The position numbers were made by a program, and so were the translations under genes. A stretch of DNA of 64,000 bases, taken from an uncultured Planctomycetota bacterium (lineage in GTDB: Bacteria; Planctomycetota; Planctomycetia; Isosphaerales; Isosphaeraceae). Below the pieces are notes generated by a model. That model did no database searches. It had not been told where the DNA came from and was given only the letters and a program-made list of their open reading frames with translations. The DNA is taken from NCBI GenBank assembly GCA_963823665.1, contig CAWGMQ010000006.1:1-64000 (forward strand), in the 5' to 3' direction. This document shows, piece by piece, positions 35,717 to 47,413 of the stretch; position 1 is the first letter of the stretch; each line of letters begins with the position of its first letter.

Positions 35717-36208
35717 TCACGTGCTCTCGGGCTGCTTTCTCGCGAGGAAAAGGGCTAAACGCTCGTTGAGGAACGCGGGACTCACCCAGAAGTCGGTCTG
35801 TTTCACCTTTTCGAAGGCGTCACCCAAGTTCAGAAGACCCTGGTCGGCTGCTGCCTCCAAGATGCCAATCGTGCCGATCACGTGTAAGCCGCGGTCTTTG
35901 GCCGCCTTCCTTCCGATAACCTCGTCAATGACAACTCGGTCGGCTCAAAGCTCCTGGGCAAGCGAAATCGCTGCAGACTCACCGGCGTGGAGTCCTTGAA
36001 TGACTTCGATCGAGGTTGGAGAGACGACGCGCAGCCATGGCGGTGGTGCCGAGATGAATGCACGGACGGCCTCGGAGCGCTTCGGCGATATGAGTTCAGC
36101 CTGCACTTGGGGCGGAATGATGACCTCGTGGAATAGGGCTGGAAGCACGTCGACGTGTGCGACTGAAACCAAGACCACGAACGGTGAGCTGCCAGCGACG
36201 ATGATCAT
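35717..36208 (-). pseudogene. DUF3368-type PIN-domain toxin, interrupted by an in-frame TGA (35945-35947)
   Basis: MIIVAGSSP...IPPQVQAEL...LHAGESAAISLAQEL*ADRVVIDEVIGRKAAKDRGLHVIGTIGILEAA...; 164 codons in one frame; ATGA overlap with the upstream antitoxin. Confidence 0.85.
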
Positions 36209-36486
36209 GAAGGACGGTTTTCCCGCAATTCGTCGAGGCTTTTGATGTCTGCGTCAACATCTTCGTGTGTGAGCGCGTGCTCGGTTACTTTATGACGCTT
36301 GAACAGGGCGTCGGTTTCAAATCGGTCCAGGCCGAGCGACTGACCCACGTCGTAATGGGTGAGAATGCCTCGACGAAAGAGCTCAATCGCGAATGCCTCG
36401 CGGGCGGCGGTCGACAGGTCGCCGTTCTCGGCGCGGAGTCGCTCTTCGACATTTGGAGGCAGGTTAACCGCGATGTTGATATTCAT
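36205..36486 (-). CDS. UPF0175-family antitoxin-like protein
   Basis: 93 aa; AREAFAIELFRRGILTHYDVGQSLGLDRFETDALFKRHKV pattern; coupled to the DUF3368 gene. Confidence 0.8.
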   Translation of the reverse strand: MNINIAVNLPPNVEERLRAENGDLSTAAREAFAIELFRRGILTHYDVGQSLGLDRFETDALFKRHKVTEHALTHEDVDADIKSLDELRENRPS

Positions 36487-36945
36487 TGGCAGCTCGCACG
36501 GTTCGCCCGCAAGAAGGTTCTTTGAGATCCAGGGACGACCTAGCCCTTTGCGTCAGCCGTGATCGCAGCACTCGCCAAGACAGTGGCACCCAGTGTGGAT
36601 ATGCCGCGTCAGTCTCGTGATGGTGGTGGGCCGGTTACCGTTTGCCATCTTGCATGCGCTTATTATCCGCAAATCCTGTGGCAAAATGCAACGAGAGATC
36701 CGGGTTCGCCGATGTCGATTCCGCGAACGTCACGATCTCGCGTTCACCTCGTGACGGTCCGACCTATCAGAGAACGGTTCCTGACACCTTTATTCCACCG
36801 GAATGCACCCCCTGGCCCTGGGCTGTTGAAAAGTGGGCCTTACGGACGAAATTCGCGGTGAACGATTCGGCGTTTTCTGTTGCGCGACTGCGCTGTGATG
36901 ATGGCGACCGCCGGGACGGACCCCCCATCTAGCGGAGGGCAGGAC

Positions 36946-37006
36946 TAAGAGTACGAGTACGAGTAAGATTCAGATTCAGATTAAGAGTAAGAGTAAGAGT
37001 AAGAGT
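36946..37006. repeat. Hexanucleotide microsatellite (GAGTAC / CAGATT / AAGAGT variants, about 10 units)
   Basis: taagagtacgagtacgagtaagattcagattcagattaagagtaagagtaagagtaagagt. Confidence 0.9.
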
Positions 37007-37054
37007 CGGAGTGGTTCGGCCGAGCGACTCTCAGTATGCGGCCGCCGGGACGGA

Positions 37055-37208
37055 CCCCCCCAGGCCCCCCTTCTAAAGGGGGGGAAGCTCCGCGCAACAT
37101 TCGCGGCGGGAAATCTCCGCTCCTTATTCTGCAAGTTTTCAACAGGCCACCCTGGCCCTCCCTTCTGAAGGGGGGGAAGCTCTGCGCAACATTCGCGGCG
37201 GGAAATCA
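37055..37208. repeat. Direct pair of REP-like elements with a CCCCCCTT-NNN-AAGGGGGG hairpin (period 92 bp)
   Basis: ccttct(a/g)aagggggggaagctc(c/t)gcgcaacattcgcggcgggaaatc twice, between the toxin-antitoxin region and the 3' end of the second surface gene. Confidence 0.85.
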
Positions 37209-40200
37209 CCGCTGCATCGATCGCAAGTTTTCAACAACCCAGCCGAACGGGAGTTGAAATCAGACGGTGCGTGGCGGCTGATCCGAGGGGGATCATCCCA
37301 GGGCAAGGTTGGACTTCAGCTTGTGGCCCTTTGCCCGGGTTGCCAGCGTTAGGTCGAGTGCGGAGATGGTGCCCTCGCCGGTCACGTCTGCGCCCAGGGG
37401 GGCGAGGCCTGTTGGGTTGGATAGGTTGATCTCGGCGGCGATTTCGTTGAGGTCGTTGTTGTCGACGGTGCCGTCGCCGGTGACGTCGCCGAGCAGGCGG
37501 TAGAAGTGGTGGACGGCGGTTGATCCGCTCGGGAGATTGATATCGAGCTCGTAGTAGCCGTCGGCGGTCGTTGTGTTGGGGCTGCCGCCCAGGCCGTTTG
37601 CGCCGAAGTCGAGGTCGATGGCGTGGTCGATGACCGAAACGTTGACGTTGGAGAGCGAGACGGGCGTCTTGCTCGAGGCGTCGTCGTTCAGGTCGTACTG
37701 GTAGAGCTGGATCTCGGGTGATGCCGTCTTGAGCGAATTGACGATCTGGGTCAGCTCGCCGCCGGACTGGGTGTCGGATTCGTTGAAATCGACTTGGAGG
37801 TAGCGGATGTAGGAACGCTCGACGGCGCCGTCTTCGACGATCAAGCTTGTGGTCTGGAGCTGGGCAGGGGTGGCGAAGGTTTCTTGGAGGGTGAGGTTGG
37901 GGCTTGTGGGCGCGGACTGCGTATTGCCGGCGCTGTCGAGGCCGATGCTGTAGAAGGCGTAGGTGTGCTGGGTGCCGTCGGTGAGGGCTTGGTAGGGGAT
38001 TGTGGCGTGGACGTATCCGGAGGAGTCGGCTGGGCCGGCTGGTATGGGTGGTGCGGCGGGCGTGTATGGGGCGGAATCGACTGAGACGTAGACCTCGAAG
38101 TAGGTCAGCACACCGCCGCCGGGATCACTGCCGGTCAGATTGAGCGTGAAGGTGCCGGTCGCGGTGCTGACCGTGCTGGGATTGGTTCCCGTCGTACTGT
38201 CGACCATCGTGACGGGCGGGGTCAGGTCGGGCAGATATGTGTTGGCTTCGATTTGCGGGTTGTAAGCTTGGGTATTTCCTGCGTTGTCTGTCGACGTGCT
38301 GTAGAAGGCATAGGTCGTGTTGCTCTGGCCGGTGTAGTTTGCTGTGGGGTTCGAGGCCGGGACGGTGGTCCAGAGCGACCAGGCTCCGCCGTTGGTGCTT
38401 GAGTAGATATTGTAGGACTTCACGCCGGAGGGGGGTGAGCCGCCGTCGGAGCCGGTGACGGAGACTGTGAACGTGAGGCTCGTGCCGCGTTGCGGGAGCG
38501 GGTTGACGGTGCTTGTGGGGGGGGTTGTGTCCATTAGCCAGGAGGTTGAGAGGGTTCCTGCGCCGGGGTTGCCGTTCTGGTCGTCGATGGCGGCGGCGTT
38601 CACGGTCAGGGTGTAATTGCCGTTGCTGGCGGTGAGGGTGCTCAGGCCGTTGATCTGGCAGGTCGGGCCTCCGACGAGTTTGATCGTGACGGCGCTCGTG
38701 ATCAGGTTCGGGCCGTCGGCGTCGGTGAGGGTCACGGCTCCGAGGTTTGAGGTGCCCGAGTTAATCGGTTCGTTGAAAGTGACATCGATGGTCGACACGG
38801 GGATATTCCGTGGATCGGGAATAATCGGGCCCAAGGCAGTCACCGTCAACGGGTTCGTGACAGTCACGGAGGCTTCCGTCGTGACAGTGAAACCGTCGAT
38901 GGTGGCAGAAATCGTGTTGCTGCCGATGGTCCGCGCCGAGAAAGTTGCGGTGTACGTGCCGTTGTCGTTGTCCGTGACCGGACCGAAGGTTCCGCTGCCG
39001 GTCCCGGTGCCCAATTCGAAAGCGACCGTGAAGCCGCCCGTCGTCTCTTGCGTTCCGTCGGCATCTATCGCCGTTAAAGTGACCGTGGCCGTGCCCCCGA
39101 TCAGGATCGTTGCCGGCGCGACCGTGACGCTCGACTGGGCGAGGCTCAGCGGCACGACGGTGATTCCAGCAGGTACAGAAGACACCGATTGATAGTTGAT
39201 CGTGGCCTCGAAGGTGGCAGTTCCAGGGCTAATTGCCGTGAAGGTGGCTGAATATGTCCCGTCGTCGTTGTCGGTGACCTGGCTGAAAGTCCCGACCGCG
39301 CTTTCGAGACCAAAGCTAACCAGCAGGCCGCCCGTGGTTTCCTGGTTGCCGTAGCTGTCCCTGGCCGTCAGCGTCACCGTCGTGTTGCCTCCGACCGGCA
39401 AGGCTGTGGCGGCCGCGGACACCGTTGATTCCGCCAGGTCGACTGCACCCGGGGTGACGGCCACGGCAGGTGCTGATGTCGTCACCGGCTGATCGTTAAT
39501 CGTCGCGGTGATGGTGTTGGTCCCGGCGATGATACCGGTGAACACGGCGGTGTAGGTCCCGTCGCCGTTGTCCGTGACAGCGCTGAACGTGCCGGTGCCG
39601 CTGCCGCTCCCCAGGCCGAATGCGACATCCAGCCCGCCGCTCGTTTCCTCGGCCCCCGAGCTGTCGATGGCGGTAAGCGTGACACGTGTCGTTTGCCCCG
39701 CGCTAATGTTGGCGGGAGTAACGGAAATAGTAGACTGTGACGGATCGGCGGTGCTCACCGTAAGGGTGTAGATCTGTGAAAACGGGATGCCCACGCCGTC
39801 CGTGCGGGCCACGGTGAAGCTGACCGTTCCAGCCGCCGTGGGAGTACCGACGATGGCGAGGTTGTTGGTGCCGTCCGCGGGAATCGGCAGCCCGGGGATG
39901 GAACCAGCGATGTCGCTCACGACGAGCGTCTTGTTCCCAGTCCCGCCGCTCGCCGTAATCGTCTGGTCATAGGGGGCGTTGACCGTGCCACCCGGCAAGG
40001 CACTGAGGGAAATCGGCGCCGGCACCATCAGCGCAAAAACGGTACCGTCCAGGTCGCCGACCGCTGGCGTGGTGTTGTTATCGAATTCGACTGACAAGCG
40101 GATGGTGCTCTTGCCGGTACCGCTTACCGGCGTATCCTGCTCTTGTATGGGCGTGTCACCCGAGGGCCCGACCTGGACCCACTCCAACCCGTCGTAATAG

Positions 40201-43200
40201 GCGGCCGTATGCCATTGCCCGTCATCTCCGAAATAGGCCAGCGAGGTCTGCTGAAGCTGCTGCGCGGGGACCTGGGCGGTGAACGTGACACTGGCGCTGG
40301 CGTCGGTGCTCGCATCTATTCCCGTGGTCTGCACGTCAAAGGTGGCCTGGGACAGCTGGACGGAAAAATCGGCATCGGGGTCCTGGGTGTAATTCCCCAC
40401 CGAAAACTGTGCCGTGCCGCTGAACTGGCTGCCTGTCGTCAAGGATCCGGAGACTTGCTGATTATTCGCGGGATCGTCGGCGTCGACGGTCGCGGTCGCA
40501 TCCGGGCCTAGGGCGGTGGAACTATTGATGTTGGCGATGTCGGTGGAATCGAGGTCATCGATCAGTTCGCCTCCGATCGATTCAAGCACAGGGGCGGAGT
40601 TCACGACGAAGTCGGCCACGGGCGCCGCTTGGATGGCGCTGTCGAACGACTCGAGATCGCTGATCGATTGCGTGTAACTCCCCTGGTCGAGTTGGGTGCC
40701 GGCCAAAATCAAGTCACTCACGAGCGCCGTGGCTTCCTCTTCGACGACGATGAACTGCGGATAAAGGATCTGCAGCAAGTTCAGGTTGCCGGGTGGCGGA
40801 GCCGTGCCGCCCGAGGAGGCGCAAAACCGTGGCGCCGCACCTGTGCCTAAGGTTTTGATGACGTTATCCATATACCATTGCCAGACGTCGCTGTGCCCAA
40901 GCCCCAACGAGCTCAGGTTGTATTGCAAGCTTACGGTGCTCGTCGAATCCTGAATCTCAATCTGGGACGGGTCCCCCATCAAGTTGAAAAAATTCTCATA
41001 TGAACTTACAAGCTTATAAGGCGCGTTGATATTACTTACAGAATCCTGCTCATAATAGTCGTCGACCTGGTTGACTCGGCTGTTTACAACGACACGTGGA
41101 TCGTCGTACGCCGCACTGAAGACCGCGTATAATAGGAGACCTGCGAGATCAGTCGGCGGAGCCAACAACGAGCCTACGCTAATATCGGTAAGTGTGTTCA
41201 GATTCGCTGGATGAGGATCCAAGAATGTCAGCTTATAGTAGCCCTCTGCGAGGGCCGGTTCTTCAGTATTCAGATTGCTAACCAGATCTTGCATCGCCTG
41301 GCCGATGACCGCCGATCCACGACTGTGGCCGATCAGTTGCACGTCGATGACGTCGTTTTCTCCCAGGTCGGGCTTAAGGCCGGCGGCTTGTCCTAGAATT
41401 TGCTCGTAGAGCGAGTTCCCGCCACTGACTGTTTGCCCGGGGAGAGGGCGGAAACTGTTCCAGTAGAACGGCATTGCGGAGTTGTAGCCTGCCTGTGAAG
41501 GAAATGGCGGGCCACTCAGCAAACTGGCCATCTGCTGCACCCAGCTCTGGTCTGAGGAGCCAAAACCCTGTGTGACGTCGGCGATGACCCAGATCTTGAA
41601 GTGAGCTTGAGAGTCATCCACCGTCAGATCTGTCGGCACCTTGCCCTGCGCATCGACGACGACGGCAAGAACGTATGGGAGGCTCGGGTCCGGTGCCAAC
41701 GGCTCGACAAGGTTGTCTTGGCCAGGCGCCGCTGTTTGGGGACTCCAATTACTGTTCTCTTGACTGAGGTCGATGCACGTTTCGCCTTGACCTGGCTGCA
41801 GGTCAGTGACTTCCTGCCGTTCGCCGACCGCCACGGTGTTGGGATCGTCGCTCTGATACGTCGGCTTGTCTGACCGGTAAATCTGGATGTAAAAGGGCTG
41901 CGTGAGGTTCGGATTGTTGATGTCATAATCGACGATGGCTTCACGCGAGTTGGTGGTACTGACGGAATCAAGGGCCACGTCCGCGACGAAAATGTCGGCG
42001 GAGAACTCAGAGGTGTCACCGGCCGGATCAGTGGCGGTTGCGCTGATGAACTGGCCGACAAGCGCAGTGGTGGCAATATCGAGGGGGAAGGACGCGACAC
42101 CATTGGAGTTGGTCGCAATATTGGCGAAACCGAGGAAGGTTTGCCCTTGACCGTAACCGGACGGGTCCTCGGTCGGGTCGCTGAAGAACTCGACCCGGTA
42201 AGTGGTGTTGGGCGCTCCCGACAGCGACCCAGTGATCGAGGTCGTTCCGCTGGCAGAAGATGCGTATGTTAATACCGGGAAATCCTGAAAGAGGTTCGGT
42301 CCGGCGTGGCCTTCGGAGTCGTTCTCCGTGACGCCGTCGTCTCCCAGGTCGATGCCGAGGCCGGCGTTGGCGTATATCGCATTCTCAAGAATCGCGTCAC
42401 CAGTCGAAGCGTCCGTCAGGCTGTTCCCGATCGTCACTCCATTGCCGTCGTTATAGGCGATCGTGTTGCCCGCTCCTGAGGCTGTCCCGCCGATCGTATT
42501 CGCCATGGCGCCGCCGGAGACGTCGATGCCGTCCGAGCCGTTGCCGAGACCGGTATCACCCGACGGATTTGTCCCGATGCAGTTGCCTTCAATCACGGTC
42601 TGCTGGGCGTTGTCCAGGTCGATGCCGTCGTTGGTGTTACTCGTGATCACATTCCCAGCGCCGGCGACCGTGCCGCCGATTGTGTTACCGGCGGCGCCGT
42701 CTGAGACTTCGATGCCGTCATTGTCGTTGCCGAGCCCCACCGCGCTGTTGAAATCGGTCCCGATCCAGTTGCCTTCGATCACGGTTTGCTGGACGATGTC
42801 TAGGTCGATGCCGTCGTTGGTGTTACTCGTGATCACATTCCCAGCGCCGGCGACCGTGCCGCCGATTGTGTTACCGGTCGCGAATCCGGATACGACGATT
42901 CCGTTTTGGTTGCCGGTGATCTGGCTTCCCGTGACGGATTCGTCGTTGCCTGTGACGGAGACCCCGTTCCCGCTGAAACCAGTGAACGTCACGTTTTGAA
43001 CGCTGTCTTGATTGCCAGAGATGTCCAGCCCGTCTCCGCTTGCCGAAGTGCCGTCGAGCGTGATCGGGCCGGTGATGGTAACCTGGTCACGCGCCAGCGC
43101 GGGGAGCGGAGATTGAAGCGAGATCGTGGCCCCTGAAATGTTGCTGGCAAACGTGATCTGGTCCGGGCCGTTCGCTATCGGGTCGGCATTGACGGCGGTG

Positions 43201-43881
43201 ATCATGTCCCGCAGCGACCCGGGCGCGGGCTGCGAGTCGCTCGTAAGGTAGTCGCTCGTATTGGTGACAATGTACGCGACCGAGAAGGAGCCCGTGTCCA
43301 CGGACGTCAGACCCGCGCTCGCTGCCTGCAGGGTGTAACCGCTGCCCGCCTGGTTCAGGGTCAAGTCGGGGAAGTCGGCCAAGCCGTTGACGGCGTTTAC
43401 CGTGACCGTACCGCCGAGAGTAGCGCCCCCGGGGTTGTTGTCGAGAGCGATCGTGACGGGTCCGTTGAAGCTTGTGTCCACGTTGCCACTGGCATTCTCC
43501 GCCGAAATTTGTACGTCGAACTTGTTATCTAAGCCGACGGTTTTCGGCGGCCGTGTGGTCACCATCAAGACATCCGGAACGAAATGCCAGGAAAGGCTAC
43601 TCGATGCCTCGGCGTATGAGGGGATGCCGGAAGTAATGCCCTCTACGCCCAATTGAAAATAGTATGTGCTGCCAGCTTGAATGGATTGTTGATAATCCCC
43701 AGGGATAAGGCTCACGCCGCCATCGTAATTTTGCCCCGCCCCTCCCCAAGCTTCCGCGGTGTTATATCCAGGGCCTGACGAGGACGAACTGCTATCGTAA
43801 TCCTCGATAAGCTCGCCGTTTGCGGTTGCCATTATTACAATCTGGTAACTCGGGGAGAATGCGCCAGACGTATAAAAAAAT

Positions 43882-45435
43882 GCCTCCTCAGCAGAATCTG
43901 TGGGTAAATTCTGGCTCAGGCAGGGCGCCAAGGCTGTGATACAAGGCGTTTTTCACTGCATCGAACGTCCGAAAACCGTACGCCTTTCTCGTCGTCAATT
44001 TCACCTTGTTGTTCAGGCCCTCTGCAATGCCTGCGGAAATCGTCCCACGGGCCTTGAACCAATTCAGGATCAATTCTTCATGGCTGCGAAGCCTTCGAGC
44101 CACTTTCTTCATTGGCTCGATCTTTGATCGCATCGTCCTGGTGCACCACTCGTGCAGAAATCGACTCGCCCAGCCGTGATATTGGTAAGTCCAGAAACGC
44201 TGAAAATCCTCCCGCAAAAGATAGCTTCTCACGGACTTTAGGTTGTACTGCACCAGTTCGGCCAATCTCACGGTCTGCTTCTTTGTTAGGTTCTCCGGCC
44301 GCTTCAGCAGGCACCATCGCGCCCGTTTCAGGACTGGCTCGTAGCCATCTCGCTTCAGCCGGCGCGCTTCCTCGGCACGTACTTCGTCGATCGCCTTATT
44401 CATCGCTTGCATGATGTGAAAGCGGTCGAGCACGTGGATCGCGCCAGAAACCTCTTGGGCCAGCACGTTGAGGTACGGTTTCCACATATCGCTGCATAGA
44501 TAGCGGATCGAGTTCTTGGTCTCGTCGGTTATGGTTTGGAAAAAGCCACGCAGGCTTTCCTCCGTCCGGTCCAACCCAATCCAGAGCAACCGCCTGAACC
44601 CAGCGTCAATCTGGTAAACCAGCGTCAGGTAATGATGGCCCCTTTGCCACTGCACTTCGTCTACAGCGATGGCCTTGATTCCGGTCATCGTCCGTCTCGC
44701 CAAGCCCCATGCGACTGCATACTCGACCGAGCGGTACACAGTTTCCCAGGTAGTATGGAATATCAAGGCGACTTCCAGCCACGAGAGCCGCTTGGCCCAA
44801 CCGGCTAGAAACCATCGGTAGGCCGTAGTCACCGGGCTCTTGCCGTCACTCCACGGGACCTCTTCGACGATCACACCGCACTTCGGGCAGTCAACGCGCC
44901 TCATTGCGTAGACAAAGAACACAGCGATCTGCCACAGCGGCACGAACTCGAACCTTCGTACAGGTAGTTGATCATACCCGGCTCGCTTACGGTGGCACCC
45001 GGAGCAAACAGCTCGGCTGTTGCGGCGGGCTTCAATTTCTACCTCCAAGGCAAGTTGCTTTCCTTTCGAGACCAAACTTACCTTGCCGTACACGAAGGAC
45101 TTTTGCGGTGCAATGCGATTGAGGATAGTCTTGAGGAGCATCGTGTGGGGCCTCTCGATTGGGATGGTCTTGGTAACCCTTCCCTAACCGACGGCCGCGC
45201 ACGATGCACTACCCTACCTTCTTCAAAAAAACCTTTCTCAAGAACGAGTCCGCGAAGAGCTATTTAAAACTGAACCATCAAATGTGAACTTCGCCTACCC
45301 CTCCCGCCTTCACCTTCGCTTCGCCCTCAACCTAGCAGGGCGGACCGAATGTGAAGGTGGGAGGGAGAACCCTCCTGTCGAGCCCGAGCCGAGCTGCTGC
45401 ATCGTTTTTCAACCCACAAATTCTGCCGAAGACCC
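43882..45435 (-). mobile_element. ISL3-family insertion sequence (outer limits; a second, inner left-end-like sequence ends at 45261)
   Basis: Inverted ends GCCTCCTCAGCAGAATCTGTGGGT (43882) and GGGTCTTCGGCAGAATTTGTGGGT (reverse from 45435), 19/24 identical; AT-rich flanks; lower GC than the host genes. Confidence 0.85.
43888..45141 (-). CDS. ISL3-family transposase
   Basis: 417 aa intact; CSGC...CPKC zinc finger, IAVDE, CSDMWKPY, DRFH and EGLNNKVKLTTRKAYGFR motifs. Confidence 0.95.
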   Translation of the reverse strand: MLLKTILNRIAPQKSFVYGKVSLVSKGKQLALEVEIEARRNSRAVCSGCHRKRAGYDQLPVRRFEFVPLWQIAVFFVYAMRRVDCPKCGVIVEEVPWSDGKSPVTTAYRWFLAGWAKRLSWLEVALIFHTTWETVYRSVEYAVAWGLARRTMTGIKAIAVDEVQWQRGHHYLTLVYQIDAGFRRLLWIGLDRTEESLRGFFQTITDETKNSIRYLCSDMWKPYLNVLAQEVSGAIHVLDRFHIMQAMNKAIDEVRAEEARRLKRDGYEPVLKRARWCLLKRPENLTKKQTVRLAELVQYNLKSVRSYLLREDFQRFWTYQYHGWASRFLHEWCTRTMRSKIEPMKKVARRLRSHEELILNWFKARGTISAGIAEGLNNKVKLTTRKAYGFRTFDAVKNALYHSLGALPEPEFTHRFC

Positions 45436-46202
45436 ATTAAAATAGGTGTACGAACCCGCGGCGCTGAAGCTGAGCGAACCAGAGATGCTCACAGTGCCGG
45501 AATCACTTCCAGTACTGCTGTTCACGACAGTAGACTGCAATGAGATGGCGTAAGAACCCGTCACCCCGTAGTCCGTTGCGCTGTTACTCGAGGAATCGGA
45601 AATGGGAGCAATCTCACTAGCATTTTGGTCAATGCTATGATCATAAGATATAATGGGGCCATTTGCTTGCAAATCAGTATCGAGCGATGAAGACTGGGTG
45701 AGAATCGTAAGTAGCACACGATTCTCAAGGCGTTCTGGGGACGGCGAGAAACGCACCCTACGCCGCTTGCGGCGAGCGGTCACGCGGACACGGTCAACGA
45801 ACGAGTTCTCGGTGCCATGAATTCGGAGCATGGTGTCCCTTTTCTGTTGGACGGGCTGGTGCCTTTGCAACACCCCACTAGTCACGCCTGTTCTGCGCCG
45901 TGAAATTTGGTGTGAGTACCATGACTGGCGATCCTTTTGCCTCCGCGGAGTCCCACAGCGGTGCCGAATCTTCAATCGACTTACTGCGTCTAACGTGAGA
46001 GACCCTTCGTTTTCGAGTTTCTTCCCGCGACATCCGATTTTTCCTGCACCTCTCAGCAGACTTGAATTTCTGTTGAATCGGTCTTCGCCGACCGAGTAGC
46101 TTTTGACGTGGCGGATCAGTTTCTCAAAGGAAAACGGCTTTGAGGAGGGTAACCGACCCGGAGAACGGATACTGATACAGAAGCTGAACCTCCTACCATA
46201 TC

Positions 46203-47183
<981 letters not shown>

Positions 47184-47317
47184 CGGGATCGACTCCCATC
47201 TCAAGAACGGTGAGTGAACGTCGACAGCGCCACGCGAACTGTCGCGCTGAGAGAGCAGACTTGGGACGGTGCGGGCCTTGGTACTCGGATCGACCTCGCT
47301 TCCCTCCCGATAATGCA

Positions 47318-47347
47318 CCCGCGAGAACGCCGACAATTCTGACAAGA
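47318..47347 (-). promoter_or_regulatory. Putative ECF-sigma promoter TCTTGTCAGA-N15-GCGGG upstream of the DUF1559 gene
   Basis: Same boxes and spacing as the motif upstream of the ECF gene (51676-51705). Confidence 0.6.
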
Positions 47348-47413
47348 TGCTTCCAAGAATCCGTTCTATTCGCCGTCGCGGTCTTGATGTGCACGGTCGC
47401 GTCGTGCTGTCGT

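Larger units (their letters stand above)
37293..45831 (-). pseudogene. Second large surface protein (beta-helix, alpha/beta-hydrolase-like, invasin/Ig-like, C-terminal dockerin-like), interrupted by ISL3
   Basis: N-terminal part 45831-45436: MLRIHG...RRKRRRVRFSPSPERLENRVLLT signal with AAAGGGA SD. C-terminal part 43881-37293 is open for about 2195 codons with GHSRG, DNxDGTYTAxF repeats and LLGDVTGDGTVDNNDL...ADVTGEGTISALDL. Confidence 0.85.

Noticed and set aside
35945..35947. Selenocysteine or recoded TGA in the PIN gene
   Set aside because: The position is not a Cys-type site, TGA is a normal stop in neighbouring genes, and a second inactivating change supports decay.
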